Part shown: one piece after another, positions 13,601 to 27,602 of the stretch
Layout of the letters: every line of letters starts with the position of its first letter
Numbering within the stretch: position 1 is the first letter of the stretch
Origin: Narcine bancroftii
Lineage: Eukaryota
Direction: 5' to 3'
Assembly: GCF_036971445.1 (NCBI RefSeq)
Contig: NC_091478.1
Coordinates: forward strand, 88,536,001 to 88,600,000
DNA length: 64,000 nucleotides
Notes under the pieces: generated by a model
Told to the model about the DNA's origin: nothing
Database searches by the model: none
The model's input: the letters and a program-made list of their open reading frames with translations, nothing else
Made by a program: the position numbers and the translations under genes

Positions 13601-16600
13601 ATCAAACTTTAAATAGAAAAATTACAGCACAGAAACAGGCCATTTTGCCCCCTCTAGTCTGTGCCAAGCCACTTTTTCTTTCCTAGTCCCACTGACCTGC
13701 ACTCAGTTTATAACCCTCCATACCTCTCCCATCCATATGCCTATCCAAATTTCCCTTAAATGTTGAAATCAAGCCCACATTTGTGGAACAATTGTAGTGA
13801 GAGATCTCCAAACATAATCCTCAACCTCAGGACATAATCTCTCTGAAGGTGTTATCTTCTCCAGTCCCAATCACACCCCCCACCCCTCCCCCCCCAACAT
13901 TTTTCCATTGAGATCATTAAGTGTGTGATATCCTCTACTCACCATCAACAATCTTCCACCCCACTGCATGTACAATTGCACAAGTACACCAACTAGTTTT
14001 ACCAATTCCCCAGCTCCAAATGCCAATTTTATTATCTTCACGGATTACAAAGGTGGTGTCGGTTTAAGGAACTTTTTGGATTGGATTAAATGAAAGGTGC
14101 ATAGTTGTTCAGTATAAATTGATGAGAATAGTTGTCCAAAGTACTCTTGAGTGAATCATCTTCATGGAGAAAGAATCTCTAAAACTCTACAGTCTCTGAT
14201 GTTCCTTATTCTCAAGATGGAAATGTCAAATATAAAGAGTTTTAAGATGAGAGGGAGAATGTTTCAAGGAGATTTACAAGGCAAGATTTTTTTTTAATGC
14301 AATGCCTGGAACATGTTTCCCACAGGAGATGATGGAAGGAGATGTGATAGCAGCATTTAAACAGGCATGTGAACAGACCGGGAACAGAGGGATATAAACC
14401 ATGTGCAGGCAGATGTGCAATCTAATTGGCATCATAGGTTGAAAAGCTGTTTCTATGCTGTACTGCACTGTTCTATATTCTTGGCAGTGCCAGAGATGGT
14501 GGCAGTATCTGTTGGCACATCCACACATACTTTAGACAGTGAATGATTCATATGCCATTTGTTACCTTGTTTTTTATTGACTATAAAAGTACTTTAAAGG
14601 ACAGTTTTACACCAGTTTTTGATGAATTTATTCTAATCATGCACCCCAAATTATATTCCAGCAGAGGTTAGATTTTTAGTTGGAAATATTAACTGGATAT
14701 AATTTCTGCTTTAAAAGAAAATGAGAGCAATATCTTAAAAACTACCAGTGATATCAAGTATCCAGTTTGGTAAATTGATTTTTAAATAAAAAGTTCTTCC
14801 AATCACATTGAAAAGGTCCTCAAGATTATCATGATCCATTCTCCAAATCAGCCAGCTCTCCTGCCTTCTCCCCATTACCTTGGATTCTCTGACTATTCAG
14901 GTTCCGATCAATCTCTACCTAAAATACACCTACTGCCACGGCTGCCCATGGAGGAAAATTCCAGAGGTCCACCATTCTCTTGCTATATAAATTCATCCAG
15001 GTCTCTGTTATAAATGGGTACCCTTCAATCCTGAAGTTGTCCGGTCTTGTCCTCAACTCCTCTACCATGGGAAACAACTTTGCCATGTACTCTGCCCAGA
15101 ATTTTCAACATTCAAAGTGATTTTATGCTGTCCCCCCATCATTCTTCTGAACTCCAAGAGCCATCATACGTTTCTCAAGTGCATTATAATAATGTACTTC
15201 ATTCCAGCAATCAGTCTTGTAAATGTTCTCTGAACCCTCTCCAATGCCAGCACATCCTTTCTTAAATAAGGAGGCCAAAACTGTACCCTGTACTTCAAGT
15301 GAGGCCTCCCCAGAGCCTTACAAAAGCCTCAACTTTGCATCCCTGCTCTTGTATCTTATTCTTCTCAATATGAATATCAACCTTCCATTCACCTTCTTCA
15401 CCACCAACTCAACCTAGAGGTTAACCTTTTGGGTATTCTGCACCAGAATTCCTGTCCCTTTGCACTTCCAAATTTTGAATAATCTCCCCATCCAAATAAT
15501 AGTTTTCCCTTTTATTCCTTCTACCAAAGTGCATGATTGTTCACTTTCCAACAGTGCCTTTCATTTTTCTCTACTTTGTTCATTCTCCTAATTGATCTAA
15601 GTCTCTCTGCAGCCTCTCCATTTCCTCCTCGCTATCTATTCCTCCATCTACCTTTGCATCATCTGCAAACTTAGCCACAGCAATTTATTCCACATTCCAT
15701 ATCATTAATATACAACGTAAAAAGAAGTGGCCTCAACAATGACCCTTGCGGCAGACCCCTGTGGATCCCTTTATTCCTACTCTGTTTCCTGCCAACCGGC
15801 CAATGCTCTATCCTTACAAGCATATCTCCTGTAATTCCATAGGCCCTCATTTTGTGAAGCAGTCTCGTATGCGGTGCCTTTCGAAATTCCAATTATGTAG
15901 CATCCACTACATGTCCTTTTCCTGACTTGCTTGTGGTTTCCTCAAAAAAATTGCATTAGTTCTGTCAGGCAAGATTTTCCCTTAACAAATCCATGATGAT
16001 GTTGGCCTATCATGTCATGCATCTTCAGGAACTCCATAACCTCATCCTTGACAATCGACCAACAACTTCCCAACCACCAATGTTGGATTAACAGGTCTAC
16101 AATTTACTTTCTGCTGCTTCCCCTTCCATTTTAAATAGTGACGTGACCCTTGCAATTTCAAAATCATGCCCAAATCTATTGATTCTTGGAAAATCGTTTT
16201 TAATGCTTTACAATCTCTACATCTTTCAGAACCCAAAAGTGCATTCCATCTGGTCCAGGAGACCGATATACCCTTAGACTTTTCAGCTTCCCAAGCACCT
16301 TCTCTCTGGTGATCATGATTACTCATGCCTCTCTTCCCTGACACCCTTTGAATGTCCTGTATCCTGTTTATGTCTTCCACGGCAAAATACTCGTTCACTT
16401 CCTCTGCCATCTCCATGTCTCCCATTATAATTTCTCCAGTGTCATTTTCTATTGCCCATTCAGAGCCAGCTCTTCAGCGCTTGACGTCCTGCTTTGCGGA
16501 AACTGCCAAAATGTTTGGCCTGGAAGTCAGCCTGAAGAAAACTGAGGTCCTCCATCAGCCAGCTCCCCACCATGACTACCAGCCCCCCCACATCTCCATC

Positions 16601-19600
16601 GGGCACACAAAACTCAAAACGGTCAACCAGTTTACCTATCTCGGCTGCACCATTTCATCAGATGCAAGGATCGACAATGAGATAGACAACAGACTCGCCA
16701 AGGCAAATAGCGCCTTTGGAAGACTACACAAAAGAGTCTGGAAAAACAACCAACTGAAAAACCTCACAAAGATAAGCGTATACAGAGCCGTTGTCATACC
16801 CACACTCCTGTTCGGCTCCGAATCATGGGTCCTCTACCGGCACCACCTACGGCTCCTAGAACGCTTCCACCAGCGTTGTCTCCGCTCCATCCTCAACATC
16901 CATTGGAGTGCTTACATCCCTAACGTCGAAGTACTCGAGATGGCAGAGGTCGACAGCATCGAGTCCACGCTGCTGAAGATCCAGCTGCGCTGGATGGGTC
17001 ACGTCTCCAGAATGGAGGACCATCGCCTTCCCAAGATCGTGTTATATGGCGAGCTCTCCACTGGCCACCGTGACAGAGGTGCACCAAAGAAAAGGTACAA
17101 GGACTGCCTAAAGAAATCTCTTGGTGCCTGCCACATTGACCACCGCCATTGGGCTGATATCGCCTCAAACCGTGCATCTTGGCGCCTCACAGTTTGGCGG
17201 GCAGCAACCTCCTTTGAAGAAGACCGCAGAGCCCACCTCACTGACAAAAGGCAAAGGAGGAAAAACCCAACATCCAACCCCAACCAACCAATTTTCCCTT
17301 GCAACCGCTGCAATCGTGTCTGCCTGTCCCGCATCGGACTTGTCAGCCACAAACGAGCCTGCAGCTGACGTGGACTTTTTACCCCCTCCATAAATCTTCG
17401 TCCGCGAAGCCAAGCCAAAGAAAAAAAAGATATCTACTCTTGCCCATTTTTCACCCTTAATGTACTTTTATTAAAAAAAGTTAGTATTCTTTTTGATATT
17501 ATTTCCTTTCAAAATTAATCTTTTCTAATTATCTTTTTGGTTGCCTTCTGTATGATTTTGAAAGCTTCCCAGTCCTTTATCTTCCCACTAATTTTTGCTT
17601 CCATATATTCCATGGAACATATAGTTTCTATTGCTTTATTTATGTCGAAACCTCCATTGCCTATATTCCAATTATCTGTCTTCCAATAAAATCTTTGTTC
17701 TTGCAAGGCCACGTCTTGTGGCAAACATTGTCGTATCACCACAGGATAATTATTATTTCATTTCTCTGAGGTTGATTTAATTTTCATGATTTGTGCGGAA
17801 TGTTTTCACTGTGTTCCCATTGTTACCACTGTTCATTGTTCTGTCTTTTGTAATTACAGAAATTTCTGAAGCAGTGGCTAAACATAAACTCACATTAAAG
17901 GCACAAATGGAGAGAATAAAACCATACTTTGCATTTGATAACTCTAGACCATTGTTACTGGATCATTTTACCAACCTTGTTATCCTCAATGCCCGAGAAA
18001 GGAACAAAATAGAACACGAGCTGCTGCAGCACAGAGACTATACAGCATGCGAGCACATAGACATGAAGCACCTATTTTCACCTTCTGACCCTTGGAAACA
18101 ACTACCACGAGTCACTCTAGTGCAAGGAGTGGCAGGTATAGGAAAAAGTGTAATGATTCAGAAGCTCGCTCACAGTTGGGCATGTGGAACGCTGTACACT
18201 AGATTTTGTTTGTTGCTATATTTCAATTTCCGTGAGTTAAACACCATCACTAAGGAAATCAGTCTGACTGAGCTCATTACGTGTGCTTACCCTCATCTGA
18301 CAGCATCATGCAAAGAACTCCTGAAATTTCCTGCCAGAATTCTATTTTTACTTGATGGATTGGATGAATTCAAATGGTCTCTTGAATTTAATGTTCAATC
18401 AGTTGATGAACCATCCATTGCTCAACCCATCAACCATTTGATTGTAAGCATCATAAAGGGAGATCTTCTTCATGGCGCAACTGTTCTTGTCACATCCCGC
18501 CCAACATCCATTGACTTAGACCACAAAACCTATTTTGATCGATGTGTTGAAATATTAGGATTTTCCACAAGAGAAATCGCAGCATACTTTCGGAAGTGCC
18601 TCAAGGATAAAAAAGTTGCCAATCATGTCTTCCAAACTGTGAAGAGCATCGATTCCCTGTATGGGCTCTGCTATGTCCCAGCATTTTGTGACATCCTGTG
18701 CTTCTATCTCCATAAATCTTTTCGCTGCAAAGGCAAGTGGTCCAATCTGTCTTCATTTCCTCGGACTATCACTGATTTGTTTCTCCGATTCACCAAATGT
18801 TTACTGGTGCAGACCAAGGATGAGGAAGAAAACCCTGAGTCCTTCTGCATAGAAGACAGTCAAGATAGAAATGAAATTCTTAACTTGGCACGACTTGCAT
18901 GGGATGGAATCATCAATAAAGTTATAATATTTTCACCTGAAGACATTGAAAGGAACATCTCTCAAAAGGGCAAAACAACAAATGCCTTCTGGAAGAAAAT
19001 TCTCACCAAAGAGAGCATGGAATTGATGCATTCTCACATTTGGCAGTTTTTCCATTTGACTCATCAGGAATTTTTTGCAGCACTCTATTGTACTTCTGGC
19101 GTGGATCATGTGCACCAAGCCTTCAATTCAAAGAGCAACACATTTGAGTTTGTGTTGAGGTTCACAGCTGGACTAATCTCTCACAGCAACAGAAAACTTG
19201 TCAAACAGTTGATGCCTGAACATCAAGTTGAAGAGAGAGAGGTCTTTTTGGCCATTGAAAATGCTGCTGCTGTTGATGTTCCAAAAGAAGACCTCCTGAC
19301 ACCTGAAAATGTCAAAAAATACACATCACACAAAAGACAAAAACTAATAGCCTCTCATTGTTTGCATGAAGCAGCAAATAAAGATCTAACAAAACTAGTT
19401 GCTGCCAAAACCAGTGATATTGTAAATTTTTCTTATATATCTTTGAATGTGACCGACTGCACAGTGATTGGAAACCTTCTTTCACATCACACAACTATTG
19501 AAACTCTGGAACTGGATGGGTGCAAAGCTGGAGCTTCAGGTTTACAAAGATTGGAGTCTGTGTTCTCTAGAGTCAAAACACTGAGGTATTGAAGTTTTAT

Positions 19601-22600
19601 TGTGTTTCTTTAGGCTGTGCAATTCAATCTGAAATATAGTAAAACCCCTGTTATCCGAAATTCAAGCAATTAGCAAAAAAATTGCAGAAAGTAAATAGGT
19701 AAAAAATATGAAAGTTTAAAACTTTTTAACAATTGTGCAACATTCAATTTCAGGCAACCGGAAAATTCACTTATACAGCATCTACCAATTCTCCATAGGT
19801 GCCAAATACTAGGGATTGTACTGTAAAAAGGTTAAGTAGGTATTTCATACAAATTGTGTGATCTCTAATTTTATGTTCAGATTAGTGTCTGATGCACTAA
19901 TACCCAGCAATGCCCAATGTCATCCAACAGCGGGGAATGCATACTGGGTCACCTGCAATTTTGCCTCTGTATGCCACATGTTGGTTACGTGTGTAGAAAC
20001 AGATCATCATTGTGAGTCAATGTTGCATCAATGGAATTTGCCTGAATATATGGAAGCTGCCTTTAGTCATAGAGTCATAGCATCATACTTCAAAAAAAAG
20101 CAGGCCATTCAGCCCAACATCCATGTCAACCAGTGGTCACCCATCACCTAGCACTTAACCCATAGCTTTGTGTACCTAAGCAATTTAAGTACTCATCCAG
20201 ATGTTTCTTAAATGCTAGTAAAAACATAGAAATACTGGAGGAACTCAGCAGGCTCACAGCATCCATAGGAGGAAAAGATAGATCAGGAGTGACCAAACCA
20301 TGGCTCATGAGTCACATATAGCCCTTTGACATATAATGTGCAGCTCGCAAAGCTCCTGATGCCCCGACTGCGGACATGTTACACCCTAGTTCCCAAAGCC
20401 CTAGCCCCCTTCCCATCCGAGCTCCCAAAGCCCCAACTGTGGACACTCACCTAAGCCCTGGCTGCCCGCCCATCCAAGCTCCATGCAACCTGATTATGAA
20501 TTCTCACCTAGGCCCTGGCTGCTTGCCCATCTGAGCTCCCAACACCCTGACCACCTTCCCATCCAAGCTCCTGACACCCAAACCATGGAATCTCGCATAG
20601 GCCCTGGCCACCAGCCCAACCAAGTTCCCGATGCTCTGAATGACACAGGTACTTCCCGCGGTCAAAAGTAGTAGACACCCTAAATTTTACCCTAAAGATT
20701 GGTCCACAAATTCAGCAATTACATCCATATATATGGTATGTGTACTTTTTGATTATTGAAACTAATACAAATTAGCATTTTAAAAACTACATACATTAAT
20801 AAATATTATATACATGTATTTCTTAATATTTATATAAAATTTTTGTAACAAAATGTACATGTAGGAGTAAAACATATAATATTTTTTCATGCCTTACGGT
20901 TCTCAAACATCTGAAATATATTGTGGTTGTTGCGTTAAGCAACTTTGGCCACCGCTGTCTTAGATATAAAAATTTCTTAAATGCTCTCAGCCACGTAGCA
21001 TCAATCATTCTCTCAGTGCATTCTCAGTGCTTGCATCTCTCTAAGGCTGCTCTTGTATCCACTTAATTTCCTTCTGTACTCCAAATCCATATCCCCTAGT
21101 TTTATCTACCTCTGAAATAGGGGAAAAGTTCTTGCAGTCTGCCTTATCTTTACCCATTAGAATTCAGTGTACATCAATCATGTCCCTTCTTAACCTTGTC
21201 TGCTTTGGGGGGAAGAGACCTGTTTGCTTCAGTCTCTCCGCAAAACTGAACCGCTCTATCCCAGGAATTGAATCTCCACTGCACCCTCTTTGGCTCCATC
21301 ACATCCTTTGAGCACCGAACGTATCAGCACTCCCTCAGGCACATCTGACACATACATCCCCTTTCCCTGTCCTCACTGGTGTGAACACTGTCCCATTATC
21401 CCTCCACAGCTTTTCTGACACTCCAACCCCATTGCTTGTCCCCTGACCTGACAACCTGGTCCCAACCCAGTGACCTCTATCACAGCCATCCCATCCTGAT
21501 TACTGACACCCCAATACTCCAGCAGCCACCCATCCTTCAATCTTGTTCCTAAACTGCTCCTTTGGACCAGGCCTACCTCCTCCAAAAATATCATATCCAA
21601 GATGCATCCTCCCAATATTACCTTCATCGCTTCAACTTGAGTTTTTATTTGCATCCAAGATAAATATTTTTGATCTTTTTTTTTTTTAACTTCATAAGGA
21701 TTGGAATATTGATGCAAATTCTTCCTGTTAGAATTGAATAATGAACAAGAGGCAATAAATTATAATCTTTAAGCTATGGAAAACTATCTGCACACCATCA
21801 ATAGGATTATGAATTATAGATATACAGCACGGTAACAGGCCCTTTCAGCCCATGAACCCATGCCGCCCAATTACACCCAATTGGCCTACAACCTCCGGTA
21901 CATTTTGCAGGAAACCAGAGCCCCCAGGGAAAATCAGTGATTATAATTCAATCATCATTGATTGAAATGTATATTCATTGTTCACATTGGGCACCAAATG
22001 ATAATTATTGTTTCATTTGTATGGACAGTTTAGAGGGGAACATGCTGAAGGACGAAGGAGCAGAGTTGATTGCAAATGCACTGAAAATTGAGACGTGTAA
22101 AATAGAAACCTTGAGGTAAAACTTCCACGTGTTTTCCATATTTGTGTACATTTAGATTGATAAAGGATTGGGCTTTTATTTTTAAAAATTAGTACACTCG
22201 TAAAATTTAAAATGAACAAAGAATTTATAGTTGTATGAAACTAGAACATGAAAGGATGTGGAATAATGAATAAAAATAGGCTTAAAGTTTCACTGCTTAA
22301 ATGTAGCAAGTTATGAGTTCATTAGCTCCGAGCTATTGCCTCATAAACATGTTTTAAAATTCTTAACATAAACATGGAGATTGTGATCCTTTTAATTGTG
22401 AAAAATTATTGTTGTCATTTTATAGTATTGTGATTAATACTGTGACGTAATGAACATTGGGAGGTGTTACATTTGGTGATGTGAAACATAAAAATTGGTG
22501 GATAGAATCGTACAATTATACTGTATTGAAATGGGCCATTTAGCTCAATTAGTTCATTATCTCCAGAGGATGTGCATTGCCCAGCTCTTGTCCTAAAGCT

Positions 22601-25600
22601 TTGCGTTCCTGAACAATTCAAGTGTTCATCCAGATCCTTCTCGAATGCTGACCGCAATCCACCATCATCTATTCTTTCAGACAGTGCTTTCTAGGTGCTC
22701 ACCACTCTCTGGGTGAAGAAGGTTCATATCCCCTGTAAATATCATCCTCTATGTTCTCTAGTTGTGTCCACATCTGCTGAAGGAAAACACAACAGTCCAC
22801 CCTATCTCTCCCTATCACTTTTATATACTTCTACCTTGTCCCTTCTAGACCTCTTCAGTTCTGGGGAGAATAGACCCTGCCTCTCCAGATGTTCCTCATA
22901 ACTGAACTGCATTATCCCTGGCAAAATTCAGGTGAATCTCCTCTGCATCCTAAATCTATATATTCTGAGGTAAGTAGCATATGAATTGAACATTAAAGAG
23001 ATTTTTTTGAAAAAAATTAGTTATTAATCATGATAAATCATACAATAAAGATACAAACAAATAAAACATAATACATACATGATATTTTTAACCCTTAAAA
23101 CCCCCCTACCCTAACCCACCCACCCACCCCTCCCAACCCCACTCAAAACTACCCCAAAAGAAAGGGGGGAAAGAAAGGAGATCAATTAACATAGCACTCT
23201 TCAATTATTTGCCATGGTTTGGAGCAACATCATCAATGCCTGGGAAAATGATTAATAATTCAATCCCATATATTCCAAATACGGGCTCCAGGTTTTAACA
23301 AAAAAGGAATAATTATTGCGTAAATTATATGTTATCTTTTCCAACGGAATACAAGATCTCTTTTCCAAATGCCATTACTGAATACTCAAATTACTCTCAT
23401 TTTTCCAAGTAGTTGCCAAACATTTACCAGCCACAGCCAAAGCCAATCTCAAAATAGCAATTTGAAATTTATTTAATTTTAACTCCAAACTCAATTTCTT
23501 AATATAACCCAATAAAAGTACCAAAGGATCAAGTGAAATTTTGAATTTAAAAACAGCTTTTAAAAGTTTCTTAAATTTACGCCAAAAAGGTTTCACCGTC
23601 TCATATAGCCAAGTAGAATGTAAAAAAGAACCAAATCAGAAGAGATAAACTTATATTTCCTTAATTTCTCTGGAGTTAAGTATAACTGATGAAGAAAATT
23701 ATAATGAACAAATCTATATCTTACATTTACAATTTTAGTCATACTCCCCTCACACAAGTTCATCCAATCATCCTGAGAAATAGATGTGGACAGGGCCCTG
23801 ATCACTTCTCGCATTCTAGACAGAAAGTCTTAAAATCAATTCTCTGTCCTGATAACGCAAACATCTGATCAAAATAGAATTTGGAGCTTGACCAGGAAGT
23901 AGCTTCCTTCTTATTGCTCAGTTGGATCTATCCAATTCCAGATCATTCGAGAAATATGCTATTCCCAAAACCTTGGGAATCCCCTTCTGAAAAAACTGAA
24001 CTGGGTCCAGACCTTCAAAATCTTCTGGAAGATCACCGATTTTCACATTATTTCTCCGACTCTGATTTTCCAAAGCATCAGTCTTCTTCAACAAATCACT
24101 TTTCTGAATTTCCCAACCAGTAAATGAATCGTCCATCTGTCCCATCCTTTCTTTACATTGGTCCACATCATCTTTACAATCAATAAATTCTTCTTCAATC
24201 TTCTTAAATTTATCCTGAACCTTATCCACTGCTTTGAAACATTTTGCCACATCCATTTTAATATAAGATATTTCCCCCTTCATTTCAGCAAATTGTTCCT
24301 TCATAACTGAAAATCCTTGACTCATTTGAACAGCCATGTTCTCCATTTGTTTAAACAAATCAATAGATAAAGTTGGTTCTGAAGGGTGAGGATCAGAGTT
24401 TAAAGTTTGCCTCACCATGGGCCTACCCTTATAGATAACTGTATTCTCCTCCTCCTTAAGTTGTTCCTCCTCTTCTTCCAGTCTAGCAATGTCCACCTAT
24501 TCCTCCTCCGTCAACATGGAGGTTGCCTCGACCTGAATATGGGCACAGACCCCACCCCCACCCCCGTCAGTCCAGGGAGGTCAGGTCTCCCCGCATCCTG
24601 GGCCATATCGGGTGTAGTGCGCTTGCGCAAAGTTTCATGCATGCGCAGTTGTTCGACTTGATCGGGAGGAGGTCACCATCGGGCACCGGCACCATCTTCC
24701 GCAGCAATGCGTGAAGTCGGCGCTGGTGTAGTATGCACCTTACCAAAGAACTGGCGTTGCTGTCTAGTCTGAGAAGAAATTGAGTCCAGAGGCTCCACCT
24801 GCAAGGTAGGCTGAGATTCTTCAGTAATTGTTAACTGTTTAATAGCCATTTTCTTTGCTGGTTGAGCTTTAGTTTTCCTCATAGCTGCTTGTAGAGTACT
24901 TCAACAGTATAATCAACAAGTTCTAAAAATATTTTTAAAACTTTAAAACAGGTTTTGAATAGAAACATAGAAAATAGGTGTAGGAGTAGGCTATTTGGCC
25001 CTTCAAGCCTACACCGCCATTCATTATGATCACGGCTGATCAGTACCCGGTTCCTGGCTTCTCCCCATACTCCCTAATCCCCTTGACCACAAGGGCCAAA
25101 TCTAACCTACACTTAAATATTGACAGGGAACCGGCCTCAACTATTTCCTGTGGCAAAGAATTCCACACATTTTCCACTCTCTGAGAGAAGAAATTTTTCC
25201 TCATCTCAGTCCTAAAAAACTTCCCCCTTATCCTTAAACTATGGCGCCTGGTTCTGGTTTTTTCCCAGCATTGGAAACAACCTTCCTGCGTCTAGTCTGT
25301 CTAAACCCTTAAGAATTTTATAAGTTTCTAAGATCCCCCCTCAATCTTCTAAATTCCAGAGAATACAAGTCTAGTCTATCCAACCTTTCTTCATATGCAA
25401 GTCCCTCCGTCCCTGGTATCAGCCGAGTGAACCTTCTCTGCACCCCCTCCAAGGCAAGGATATCCTTCCTCAGATAAAGTGACCAAAACTGCATGCAGTA
25501 CTCCAGGTGTGGTCTCAACAAGGCCCTGTACAGCTGCAGCAGGATCTCCCTACTCCTGTACTCAAATCCTCTCACTATGAACGCCAACATACCATTCGCC

Positions 25601-27568
25601 TTCCTCACTGCCTGCTGCACCTGCACGCCCACTTTCAATGACTGATGCACAGCAAGACCCAAGTCTCGCTGCATCTCCCCTTTTCCTAAACAGATACCAT
25701 TTAATAGTTCTGCCAGTTCTCCCTACACCATCGCGCCACACCTACCAAAGATTGCCTAATGAGGAATATATCCAACCAAGTTGTCATTAAAGTGAAGGTG
25801 ATGATTCAGATGATGCACAATTGCATTTGGATATCATCGAAATCCAGATCTGTGTTGTAAATAATACAGCAACACAATCGCTGGAATCTTCTTTGCAGGT
25901 TGAAGCACAATTCCATCGGTGAGAAAGGGGCAGCACAAATTGCAGAAGCTTTGAAAACAAACAGCAGGCTGGAAGTACTGGGGTATGTATTAAACCAACT
26001 TGTCGACTTCTTTGGAGCTCTCCTAAATAGTGGCAAGTTCTATTTATAGGATACATTAAATATAGAAGGATGCTTCAAAAAGTTTCATGCAAGCATTAAC
26101 GAGCAAAAATTGAAATGGAACCACAAAAGGAGAAGTTAGGTCAAATTTTGATCAAAAAGGTGGATTTTAAGGAATATTTGTTTTTAAAGAAGGAAGAAGA
26201 GAGGTGATAAGGTTGAGGAAGGAAACCCTAGAGAGGAATTAAAGTACCACACCACAGAGGAGACGCTGGCAGCGAAATAGCATTGTGTAGTGAGCCACTG
26301 TTACAGAGGTAGAAATAAGCATTCTTAACAATTAATACACATTGGTGCAATGTATATTTATGTATTTTTTCATTTTGTTTTGACATGTGCAAGGGGTTGA
26401 TGGCAAAGAAAGAATTTGTGATGGAACTAAGATGAAGGTTTCAGCCTTTTCACTTTTTATTTTGAGAAACTTTCTGCTTATTCAATACTAGATGCCAAAC
26501 AAGGGACTTAGAAACTGTGATGTGCTCAAGAGTGCTGAGAAGGGGCTAGATGCCATCATTATAGATTTGGAAACAGATGCTTGATGTAGAAAACTGTTGC
26601 TTAAGGAATGCTTGTAGATGGGAAATAGAAGTGGCCAAGGACAGATTATTGGGAGACACCAGTTCGCAACGCAGGAGAGAGAAGCCATTGCTGGTGATGC
26701 TATAGAGACCATTGGAAAAGTAACATGAGAATCAGACAATGCAGGTCCCACCCAACAGTACAAAGATGAGGGTGTGGTATCAAAGGGCTGTAAAAGATGA
26801 GGAGGGAGAGGTTACCTTGATCACATTCACCTGCGATGCCAATACTAATTTTAAAAATTCAATCACATTGTTCTCTAAAATCTTTGAAGAAAGAAATGTG
26901 GGGCAAGACTAGAGGTAAATGACATTGCAGCTGCAGAAGTTGTATTACTGATATCTCCCTAATTTTATCTATGTCACCTTGCCTTCATTAGGTTGCGAGC
27001 AAATGTTGTCGAAGCCAAAGGTGCCAAGTTATTGGCTGAGGCCCTGGAAATCAATTCCACACTGAGAGTTCTTGGGTATGTTGCTCTTTTTCCCTTTTCC
27101 TGTTTACACGCGATAGTTTGCCAGATTACAGAAGTTCAGGGCAGCACTTTTATAACTTGTTTTAAAAACTCCATTGTTCCTAGATATTGGGCAACAAAAA
27201 TTTTCATTGTAGCTTGTGCTATCCATGTTAAAAAGTGTTTTCAGTTTTGTATTTTATTACGTGACCTAAATTAACTGAGATCAAAATGTAAGCTCGTGTA
27301 CTCATCTCTAATTAAAGTCACAATTCCATCATCAATCAATTAATAATAGAACTACCATATTTGACAGCATACAGGACCCCACCCTCTTTTTCCCAAAAGA
27401 ATCACCTCAAAAACCACCACTATATGCAAAGGTGACTTTTTGATGCCACTATTTTTCAAGAACCTGGCAGGAGGAAAGTGCTCAAACTACTCACCCGTGC
27501 TTTCCGGAGTTGCCATCGCTCTCTTCCCCTGGTAGGAAGGCTCACTCTCTCCCTCCTTCCCACCCGCC

Positions 27569-27602
<34 letters not shown>

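Noticed and set aside
17793-17859. Hydrophobic N-terminus of the 599-aa ORF (VFTVFPLLPLFIVLSFVIT) resembling a signal peptide or TM
   Set aside because: It is the T-rich polypyrimidine tract before the acceptor at 17859, and the ORF start is GTG. This is intronic read-through.
19881-19950. ttcag| followed by an open frame after the NACHT exon
   Set aside because: No LxxNxI/L LRR pattern and no suitable donor at 84-87 nt.
20345-20640. CRISPR-like repeat array
   Set aside because: Eukaryotic context, degenerate tandem units without unique spacers, and no cas genes.
22889-22975. Strong donor ctgag|gtaagt suggesting another LRR exon
   Set aside because: The candidate exon has an in-frame TAA, no LRR pattern, and lies in a CR1-like remnant.
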